A DNA stretch of 64,000 nucleotides from Bacilli bacterium (GTDB lineage: Bacteria; Bacillota; Bacilli; Paenibacillales; KCTC-25726). The notes under the pieces were generated by a model. The model was not told the origin of the DNA and did not search any database. It saw only the letters and a list, made by a program, of their open reading frames with translations. A program made the translations under genes and the position numbers. Shown piece after piece: positions 37,574 through 44,582 of the stretch. Numbering within the stretch: position 1 is the first letter of the stretch; every line of letters begins with the position of its first letter. Location of the stretch: NCBI GenBank assembly GCA_036381315.1, contig DASVDB010000108.1, positions 22,104 to 86,103 of the forward strand. Reading direction: 5' to 3'.

Positions 37574-38947
37574 TTGCTTAAAAAATGGTTGATAACCACC
37601 ATCAGCTTAGTACTCGTACTTGCTATGCTGGCAGGCTGCGGAGCGGACAACGGCAAACCGGCCGCAAGCGACAGCAATAGTGGAACGGATAATGACAAGG
37701 TGGCTGCCCAGACAGGCGGCGGAAGCAAGGAATCTTCAGCGCCGGCTGAGAAAGTCAAACTTAAGTTTTTTACCGGTAAGGTTGAAACGGTCGATCTGAT
37801 GAACCAGTTGATCGACAAATTTAATTCAACACACCCGAACATACAGGTGGAACAGGAATACCAGAAAGATGCCAGCAATGTCATTAAGGTCAAATTCGCT
37901 TCCGGCGATATTCCGGATATCACCACGGTCGTCATGCAGGATTATATCGACCAGGGCAAGTATCTGGATTTGTCGAATGAACCGTTCTGGTCGAATATTC
38001 TGCCCTCCGTCAAGGAGCTGTGTACGGATATCAAGACCGGCAAGCAGTTTAAAGTTGCCACGAACGTGACGATGGCCGGCATCTTTTACAACAAGGATAT
38101 ATTTAATGAACTCGGGCTGAAGGAAGCGCTCACCTGGGACGACTTCTACAACAATCTGAAGGTGATCAAAGAGAAGAAGCCTGATGTTGTCCCGTTGTTT
38201 CTTCCCGGCAAAGAGTCGTGGACACTTGGTCATCTCGTCGAATTTATCGCGCATGGTGTGATAAAGCAAAAGTATGGCATCACCGATTCACGCAAAGCGT
38301 TCATTTTTAACGAGCAGGATAAACTTGCTTTCGACGCGCCGAACGGCAGCATGGAATCGTTCGCAAGCCGCTTATTGCAACTGAAAAAGGATGGACTGAT
38401 CAACAGCGACGCTTTAACCGCAACGTATGACAACCAAAAACAAGCGTTTGTTTCCGGCAAGGCGGCGATGATCAGCCAAGGCATGTGGGTTATGGGCGAT
38501 CTCCTTAAAATGGATCCCAATTTCGCCTCCAAGATCGGATTCAGCCCGTACCCGCCGATTATCGACGGCACAAAACCTGTCGTACTATCGGCCGAGGATT
38601 CCGTTTACGCGATTACGTCAGCCTCGAAGCATCCGAAAGAAGCTTTGGAGTTCCTGAACTTTTTGTTCCAGCCGGAAAATTTGCAAGCATACAGCGAGTT
38701 CCTGAAATCGCCGCCTGCGTTTACAAATGTGGATGCCGACTGGGGTCCGATCAAGGATGAAGCAAAAGCCGCTTTATCCAAAGGCGCCAATATTCAATTT
38801 ACCGATTGGCCTTCCGGCTTTTCCGGCGATGATGCCGGCCGCGTCGTGCAGGAGTTGTTGGCGGACAAATATAAAACACCCGCGGAATTCGCCAAAGCGT
38901 TCAAGGAATCGTGGGATAAAGCATGGAATGCAACGAACGGCAAGTAA
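37574..38947 (+). CDS. sugar ABC transporter substrate-binding lipoprotein (family 1)
   Basis: TTG start with AGAGGGGA upstream. Lipobox LAMLAGCG and a Ser/Gly/Asp-rich linker. Typical oligosaccharide-SBP length of 457 aa. Confidence 0.8.
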   Translation: MLKKWLITTISLVLVLAMLAGCGADNGKPAASDSNSGTDNDKVAAQTGGGSKESSAPAEKVKLKFFTGKVETVDLMNQLIDKFNSTHPNIQVEQEYQKDASNVIKVKFASGDIPDITTVVMQDYIDQGKYLDLSNEPFWSNILPSVKELCTDIKTGKQFKVATNVTMAGIFYNKDIFNELGLKEALTWDDFYNNLKVIKEKKPDVVPLFLPGKESWTLGHLVEFIAHGVIKQKYGITDSRKAFIFNEQDKLAFDAPNGSMESFASRLLQLKKDGLINSDALTATYDNQKQAFVSGKAAMISQGMWVMGDLLKMDPNFASKIGFSPYPPIIDGTKPVVLSAEDSVYAITSASKHPKEALEFLNFLFQPENLQAYSEFLKSPPAFTNVDADWGPIKDEAKAALSKGANIQFTDWPSGFSGDDAGRVVQELLADKYKTPAEFAKAFKESWDKAWNATNGK

Positions 38948-39038
38948 TCTTATGCAGTCGTAGCTGAATCATCAATTTCAATGCCCCTTGCCAGAAAGTG
39001 GCGGGGGCTCAATCTGAATTACAGGGGAGGCTGTCAGC

Positions 39039-39923
39039 ATGGGGGCCGTTATCGGCAAAATCAATCGTCATCTTCATAAAATTATGGCACTACCGGCCAT
39101 CATTCTGTTCGCTCTCTTCTTTCTGTATCCGCTCGCGCAGGGAGTGGGAATCAGCTTGACCGATTCAAACGGAGTCACCGCCCCGAACTTCGTAGGGCTT
39201 AGCAACTTCTTCAATTTCTTTCATGATGAGCGGGCCAAGACGGATATTGCCAATACGGTGTTGTTCGCTCTCGGGAGCGCGCCGCTTCTCAATATATTCG
39301 GCCTTCTTTACGCGCTTCTGCTCGATTCCCGGTTCAAGGGCAATGCTGTCGTGCGGGCTATTGTGTATATGCCGGCGGTCATCAGCCCGCTGATTATGGG
39401 TTACATTTGGTATTTTATTTTGCAGCCTGGGCGTGGATTTCTGTTCCACGCTCTGAATCTTCTTTATCCCGGCTTCACTGGCGGCAATTGGCTCGGGCAC
39501 ACCGGCTCCGCACTGGTCGTCATCATTTTGGTGAATGTGTGGCAATATGCCGGTATGACGATGATCATCTATTTGGCCGGACTGCAGTCCATTCCGCAGG
39601 AACTCTATGAGGCCGGCGAAATAGACGGAGCCGGTTATTTGCAAAAGTTGCGTTTCATCACGATTCCGATGCTGTACCCATCGATCAAAATTAATGTTGT
39701 AACGAATATAATCGGTTCGCTTTCGGTATTTGACATTATTGTGGCAATGACTGATGGGGGACCCGGTTACGCGACAGAATCGCTGAGCTTGTATATTATG
39801 CGCATGCTTTACGGCAGTTTCACGGGCTATTCCACGGCAGTGGCGCTGATTTTGTTTATGATTATCGTCGTGCCGGTCTTTTTGTTCTTGAAATTGACCA
39901 AAAATAGAGAATACGAATTGTAA
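39039..39923 (+). CDS. sugar ABC transporter permease
   Basis: 294 aa, 6 TM. EAA loop LQSIPQELYEAGEIDGAGYLQKLRFITIP. Confidence 0.85.
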   Translation: MGAVIGKINRHLHKIMALPAIILFALFFLYPLAQGVGISLTDSNGVTAPNFVGLSNFFNFFHDERAKTDIANTVLFALGSAPLLNIFGLLYALLLDSRFKGNAVVRAIVYMPAVISPLIMGYIWYFILQPGRGFLFHALNLLYPGFTGGNWLGHTGSALVVIILVNVWQYAGMTMIIYLAGLQSIPQELYEAGEIDGAGYLQKLRFITIPMLYPSIKINVVTNIIGSLSVFDIIVAMTDGGPGYATESLSLYIMRMLYGSFTGYSTAVALILFMIIVVPVFLFLKLTKNREYEL

Positions 39924-39936
39924 CGGAGGAAAATGG

Positions 39937-40749
39937 ATGAGAACCGCACTCAAATATGCCGCGGCCGTGGCGATCAGCCTTCTGTCGCTGATTCCGTTTT
40001 ACGTTTTGCTTTTTTTATCGCTCAATGCTCCTTCGTTCAATTTCTTCGAAGAGTCTTTATTCATGCCTGATTTTTATTTTCACAACTATGCGGAAGCCTG
40101 GGTGTCTTCGCATATCGGGCGAGCCATCGGCAATTCGCTGATCATTACGGTCGGATCGGTGGCGCTTAACGTGCTGTTGGCCAGTTCAGCCGGCTATGCC
40201 ATCGCCAGATTCCGCAATCGGCTGCATCGGGCGATTTTTACCGTCTTTCTGCTTAGCATGATGATCCCGGCAATCATTATCACGGTGCCGCTTTATACGC
40301 TAATGCGATCGATCGGCGGAATCAACACGCTATGGGCGATGATTTTGCTGATGGCGTCCACGGTTATGCCCTTCTCCGTGTTTCTATATACCAGCTTTAT
40401 CCGCGCGATCCCGAAAGAGATAGAGGAATCTGCCATCATCGACGGCTGCACCCATTTCACCGCATTTTTCCGGGTCACGTTTTTTTTTCTCGCTCCCGTT
40501 ACGTCTGCGGTGGTCATATTGACGGGGCTGCAAATTTGGAACAATTACGGGCAGGCCATCTTTTTTCTACAGAGCCAATCGGTGCAGACGATTCCGCTTG
40601 CGATCTCGATGTTTTTCCAACAATATGGAGCCAAATGGAACCTGATGGGGGCAGCCGCCGTAATTGGCGTCCTGCCGCCAATTGTCGCGTTTCTCGCATT
40701 TCAACGTTATTTTATTAAAGGCATCATGGCGGGAGCCTTGAAAGGATGA
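39937..40749 (+). CDS. sugar ABC transporter permease
   Basis: 270 aa, 6 TM. EAA loop IRAIPKEIEESAIIDGCTHFTAFFRVTFF. Confidence 0.85.
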   Translation: MRTALKYAAAVAISLLSLIPFYVLLFLSLNAPSFNFFEESLFMPDFYFHNYAEAWVSSHIGRAIGNSLIITVGSVALNVLLASSAGYAIARFRNRLHRAIFTVFLLSMMIPAIIITVPLYTLMRSIGGINTLWAMILLMASTVMPFSVFLYTSFIRAIPKEIEESAIIDGCTHFTAFFRVTFFFLAPVTSAVVILTGLQIWNNYGQAIFFLQSQSVQTIPLAISMFFQQYGAKWNLMGAAAVIGVLPPIVAFLAFQRYFIKGIMAGALKG

Positions 40750-42470
40750 TTGGATTGCAGCCTTTTATTCGGGATGTGTATCCGGCCAAGGCGCAATTTG
40801 TGGGCAATGAGCCGGTGAACGTCTGCATTGAACTGGAAAATCCGGGTGTTCTGCGGAACATGCGAATTGTGGTGCGAGTGCTCTTTATGGATGAATTAAT
40901 CGCAGAAAAGACGTTTCAACTCGAAGTGCAAAGCGGCATCCGGCAGCTAGCGGTTCCGGTTGAAGTGCGCCCGGGTGAGGCGGATCTCACCGGATACGGG
41001 CTTGACGTTTTCTTGTATGATCGGGAAGTCTGCCTGGACACCCGTTCCACTGCGTTCGATGTGGTTTCCTGTTGGAACAAGTCGATTCGTTACGGGTTTC
41101 TCAGCCATTATGATACAGCCGACATGTCCGATGAAACGGATCTTGCCTGGATGCGCAAGCTGCATTTGAATGCCGTGCAGTTTTACGATTGGATGTACCG
41201 CCACGATAATCTGATTCCCCCGCATGACGGCGAATTTCAGGATTTAATGGGCAGAACGGTCAACATCGATACGGTCCGGCATAAGATTGCGCTATGCCAT
41301 CGCCTTGGCATGCGCGCGATCGCATACGGCGCCGTTTATGCCGCCAGCCATGCCTTTCATCGGCGGCATCCCGACTGGGGATTACTGGATGGAAACGGCA
41401 ATACGCACGATTTTATCGGCGTCTTCAAGATTATGAACATCTCGCCGGAGAGCCCCTGGCATCGCCATATTATCGGGCAATACCGTAACGCGATCGAGCA
41501 ACTGAATTTCGACGGCATCCATATGGATACATACGGTTTTCCGAAGACAGCGCTCTCCCGCCTGAACGGCGTTCGGAAGATCGAGCGGCTGGATGCGCAT
41601 TTTCCCGTGCTGATTGATCATTCGCGGGAAGAGTTGGCCAAGTCAAAGCCGGATGTCGGTCTCATCTTCAACAACGTGGGTAATTGGCCGGTTGACGCGG
41701 TCGCTTCTTCGGCGCAGGATGCCGTCTACATTGAAGTCTGGAAACCTTACGAGCGGTATCATCATATCCGCGAGCTTATCGAACGGGCGAAGCGCGCGGG
41801 ACATGGCAAGCCAGTGATTCTGGCCGCCTATCTGCAGCCTTTTCGGCGAAAGCAGTCGGAGCATGTTGCAAAGGCGAACTACGCGGCGCTGCTGCTGACG
41901 GCGATAATTGTCTCTCATGGCGGAACCCATCTGCTGTTAGGTGAGAACAAAGGCGTATTAACCGAGGGCTATTATGTGAATCATGCGCGGCTAAGCGACG
42001 AATTTGCCGAAGAAATCCGGCGATACTACGATTTTCAGGTGCGGTATGCCAATCTGTTCTATGATGGGGAACTGAAAGACGTCTCCATGACGCATACGGA
42101 TTGGGACAATGTAGAGTATACATTCTTAGGAAGCCGGTTCAGTTCATATGGTCAAGGCGGCAAAGTATGGACGATTATACGGGAGAAGCCCGGTTTGAAG
42201 ACGGTGGCGCTTGTTAATTTGCGCGGCAACGATGAGTTTTGGAACAAAGGCAAAAACAAACCCCCCGTTCAATACAATCTGGAGGTTCGAATGCTAATCA
42301 TGGGGAACGTGCAAAGTGTCTTTCTCGCTTCGCCCGACGAGCACATGGGACGCCCGCAGCAAGTCCCGTACCGCATAGAAGCGGGAAAGAAAGGAGCGGA
42401 GCTGGTTGTGACCATTCCGCGCCTTTCCGTCTGGTCGCTGCTCACCGTCCGGCTGGCAGAAGAAGAATAG
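40746..42470 (+). CDS. intracellular GH66-like glycoside hydrolase (dextranase / cycloisomaltooligosaccharide glucanotransferase family)
   Basis: 574 aa with no signal peptide; the start overlaps the permease stop (ATGA). TIM-barrel motifs: LHLNAVQFYDWMYRH, NFDGIHMDTYGFPK (candidate nucleophile Asp) and DAVYIEVWKPY (candidate acid/base Glu) 69 residues later. That spacing is close to what I recall for GH66 enzymes. Family call is from memory of motifs only. Confidence 0.55.
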   Translation: MIGLQPFIRDVYPAKAQFVGNEPVNVCIELENPGVLRNMRIVVRVLFMDELIAEKTFQLEVQSGIRQLAVPVEVRPGEADLTGYGLDVFLYDREVCLDTRSTAFDVVSCWNKSIRYGFLSHYDTADMSDETDLAWMRKLHLNAVQFYDWMYRHDNLIPPHDGEFQDLMGRTVNIDTVRHKIALCHRLGMRAIAYGAVYAASHAFHRRHPDWGLLDGNGNTHDFIGVFKIMNISPESPWHRHIIGQYRNAIEQLNFDGIHMDTYGFPKTALSRLNGVRKIERLDAHFPVLIDHSREELAKSKPDVGLIFNNVGNWPVDAVASSAQDAVYIEVWKPYERYHHIRELIERAKRAGHGKPVILAAYLQPFRRKQSEHVAKANYAALLLTAIIVSHGGTHLLLGENKGVLTEGYYVNHARLSDEFAEEIRRYYDFQVRYANLFYDGELKDVSMTHTDWDNVEYTFLGSRFSSYGQGGKVWTIIREKPGLKTVALVNLRGNDEFWNKGKNKPPVQYNLEVRMLIMGNVQSVFLASPDEHMGRPQQVPYRIEAGKKGAELVVTIPRLSVWSLLTVRLAEEE

Positions 42471-42546
42471 CACCCCAACAACAATCCTGCTTGACCCAAG
42501 AATGTGAAGACGCTTTTCGGCAACAGAGTATAAGTAAAGCGCAAAA

Positions 42547-42709
42547 GTGCACGTTAATTTTTTAAAAAAAGTCAGTTTTTTCGATTATAGCGCAGGAATG
42601 CACGTTAAATTTTGCTAACTGCCTTTTCCGGAAAATATAGTGCGGATTTGCCCTTCATTATGAATTTTTTTTCAAATTCCAAAATTATCGTGCAGATTTG
42701 CCCTTCATT
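42547..42709. repeat. two pairs of ~50-bp-phased direct repeats (GTGCACGTTAA / ATGCACGTTAA; GTGCGGATTTGCCCTTCATT / GTGCAGATTTGCCCTTCATT)
   Basis: Word A at 42547 and 42598. Word B at 42640 and 42690 (19/20 identical). AT-rich spacers, and no ORF with an RBS. Confidence 0.8.
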
Positions 42710-42895
42710 TTTGACGAAGGAACTTTCGCGCACAATAAAACGTCCGGCATTTTTTCGAACGTTTTTTTAAACCCGGGAAGAGTTGAGGGAGATCAATACC
42801 GGATTTTTCATTTGGTTTCCATATGCCGGCCTAAACCCGCCGCCTTTAGGCGGTCATCTTCCAGCACTTGCGCTTTATAAACGTTAAAACTCACT

Positions 42896-42944
42896 GCGCA
42901 ACGCCAAAACGGAGGGGGACTGCCTTCCCGCGCAACGCCAAAAC
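42896..42944. repeat. direct repeat GCGCAACGCCAAAAC x2 (34-bp period)
   Basis: Copies at 42896-42910 and 42930-42944, each followed by a G/C-rich GGAGGG / GGGAA ... CTCCC segment. Confidence 0.75.
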
Positions 42945-43010
42945 AGGGAACCGCCTCCCTGTACAAAGTTTCCTCCACAACAATCACTGCACTTCCTTCC
43001 CTGCACAGCG

Positions 43011-43195
43011 CTAACGGACGTAGCAGAGGCTATTTGCCGAAAAAAGGCTGGGCAAAAATTTTAACGTACGCTTGAGCGGCTATTCGCCTTATTTTTACCT
43101 GAATACCGCTCAAAATGCTAAAATAAGCGCGCCTACGACCGTTAAACTTTAAAACCGGGCGTAAAACCCAAAATAGCCTCTGTCACGTCCGTTAG
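43011..43195. repeat. 185-bp nested palindromic element (MITE/BIME-like) with 25-bp terminal inverted repeats
   Basis: Left end CTAACGGACGTAGCAGAGGCTATTT and right end AAATAGCCTCTGTCACGTCCGTTAG match in 23/25 positions as inverted repeats. Inside lie two more degenerate copies of the same ~27-bp unit (TAACGTACGCTTGAGCGGCTATTC forward; TAACGGTCGTAGGCGCGCTTATTT reverse), so orientation is > > < <. There is also an internal 8-bp stem TTGAGCGG / CCGCTCAA. Confidence 0.75.
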
Positions 43196-43221
43196 ATCCG
43201 AAAACTCCTTAATACGAAGTT

Positions 43222-43325
43222 GCAAGCCGGCAAATCGACTGGGCTTCAAAGCTAAAATGCCGCAGTCCGCCGAACCGGTTGCGTTCCGTCAGCGGGCTAG
43301 AAAGGCCGCAAGCCGGCAAACCGAC
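43222..43325. repeat. direct repeat GCAAGCCGGCAAA(T/C)CGAC x2
   Basis: Copies at 43222-43239 and 43308-43325 (17/18 identical), in a GC-rich stretch with several short hairpins such as ctgccgg-ttttag-ccggcag. Confidence 0.7.
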
Positions 43326-43472
43326 CGTGGTTTTGCGGATGAGTTACGGCCGAGTTTTCGTCGGCGAGCTTTAGGGGGCTTTAGCCACAGATTGCTTTTC
43401 CGCGAGACTCTAGCCTGAACAGGCGGCTTTCGGCCGCTGGCAAGAACCTGCCGGTTTTAGCCGGCAGTCGTT

Positions 43473-43661
43473 TAGTTGGATTTTGTCCAATTAAATTTTC
43501 CGATTTCACCCTTGCAAAAGGAATTAAGTGGATTTCATCCATCTAATTCAGGCGATTTTCAATAATTTTGCTGATTTCATGTAAAAATAGTTGGACAAAA
43601 TCCAATTAAACATTCCATTACAAAATATTCCTCGATAATAGTTGGATAAAATCCAACTAAA
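43473..43661. repeat. four phased copies (51-63 bp apart) of a 22-23-bp palindromic word TAGTTGGA(N4)TCCAA(T/C)TAAA
   Basis: tagttggattttgtccaattaaa (43473), taagtggatttcatccatctaa (43525), tagttggacaaaatccaattaaa (43588), tagttggataaaatccaactaaa (43639). Each contains a 5-6-bp stem (TTGGA/TCCAA or TGGAT/ATCCA). Spacers are AT-rich and share GATTTCA words. Confidence 0.8.
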
Positions 43662-43691
43662 TTCCAGCGTAACCAATCCTCATCCACTTAT

Positions 43692-44000
43692 TCAAAACAC
43701 TCCAAGTTTGCCGATCCGCCCGATTGCCTCGCGCAGCCTTTCTTCCGTCGTCAAAGGGCCAGGGCGAAGGAACATACCCTTCGCCATTCGCGCCAAAACC
43801 GCTGCCCGGCGCGACCACTACGTTTGCCTGCGAAATCAACAGTTCGGCGAACTCCGAGGATGTGTAGGGGCGCGGAACAGGCAGCCAGGCAAAAAACGAT
43901 CCGGCCGACGGCCGCGCATGCTGGCTGACTGCCACGCATGCTGGCCGATGTCGCGCAAGGCCGCAAACAACGTGTTGCGACGCGTTTTTTTATATTCACA
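43692..44000 (-). pseudogene. relic of the 3' end of a class I/II (PLP-dependent) aminotransferase gene, frameshifted and 5'-truncated
   Basis: The minus strand reads, across three frames: YKKTRRNTLFAALRDIG, then PSAGSFFAWLPVPRPYTSSEFAELLISQANVVVAPGSGFGANGEGYV, then TTEERLREAIGRIGKLGVF-stop. This is the conserved C-terminal ~100 aa of aminotransferases. There is no N-terminal PLP domain, at least two frameshifts, and a short tandem duplication (CGCATGCTGGC x2). Confidence 0.65.
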
Positions 44001-44025
44001 GGATCGCCATCGTTTGCCGATGAAC

Positions 44026-44041
44026 TTGTGCAATTTTTCAC
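44026..44041 (+). promoter_or_regulatory. Fnr/Crp-family binding box TGTGCAATTTTTCACA upstream of the nos cluster
   Basis: Matches TGTGA-N6-TCACA in 9/10 positions. Its centre lies about 42 nt upstream of the start site predicted from the TATAAT at 44064, which is class II activator geometry. Confidence 0.55.
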
Positions 44042-44063
44042 AGAATCGGTTAAGACTGAGTAT

Positions 44064-44069
44064 CTATAA
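44064..44069 (+). promoter_or_regulatory. -10 hexamer TATAAT of the putative nos promoter (poor -35)
   Basis: Perfect TATAAT 40 nt upstream of the cytochrome c start. The -35 position reads agaatc and overlaps the Fnr-like box. Confidence 0.5.
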
Positions 44070-44108
44070 TGGTTACAATTTCTAGGAGGAATAGGGGGTG
44101 CAAACGTT

Positions 44109-44561
44109 ATGAAATGTTTCGAAAACGAAATGCGCTGGAAAAACGCGATCGTCTTCATCGTCTTTTTCGGTTTGGCATTCGGCGTAAGCTATGCGATTTA
44201 TTCCAACCACGGGCCTAAGCAAGACGCCGCTGCGGCAAATACTGCGGCCGCTCCGGGCGACGGGCAAGCGCAGGCTGCAGCGACCGCACAGCCGGCCGCG
44301 ACCAAAGACGGCGAAATATTTGTCAAACGCAATTGCGTTGCCTGCCACTCCATTTCTTCGCTTGGGATTCACGCCGGGCAGGTAGGCCCGGATTTGTCGC
44401 AGGCGTATGTTACGGTGAAAGACAAACATGGCGTTGCCATCGAGGAATTTTTGAAAAAGCCGACCAGCGCCGTCATGTCAGGGGTGTTGGGCGGCGATCC
44501 GCTTAGCGACGAAGATTACAAAGCGGTATTGGCGGCCCTGAAAAAAGCCGCGGGCCAATAA
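44109..44561 (+). CDS. membrane-anchored mono-haem c-type cytochrome (likely electron donor to NosZ)
   Basis: N-terminal TM helix (AIVFIVFFGLAFGVSYAIY), an Ala/Gln-rich linker, the haem motif CVACH, and a distal Met region (SAVMSGV). The start could instead be the internal ATG at 44130. Confidence 0.8.
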   Translation: MKCFENEMRWKNAIVFIVFFGLAFGVSYAIYSNHGPKQDAAAANTAAAPGDGQAQAAATAQPAATKDGEIFVKRNCVACHSISSLGIHAGQVGPDLSQAYVTVKDKHGVAIEEFLKKPTSAVMSGVLGGDPLSDEDYKAVLAALKKAAGQ

Positions 44562-44582
44562 CGAGGAAAGGGGTTCGTTCAC

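Noticed and set aside
42547-43661. Possible CRISPR array, suggested by short palindromic repeats at a period of about 50-60 bp
   Set aside because: The repeats are degenerate and fall into several unrelated families. The spacing is irregular, and the spacers share words with each other. No cas genes occur in the window. The region is reported as a repeat island instead.
43642-44085. 147-aa plus-strand ORF (MDKIQLNSS...) and neighbouring small ORFs (42698-42880, 43751-44158 minus) in the repeat island
   Set aside because: They have no RBS. They start inside repeat words and run antisense through the aminotransferase relic. Their composition is Arg/Pro-rich. They are most likely spurious.
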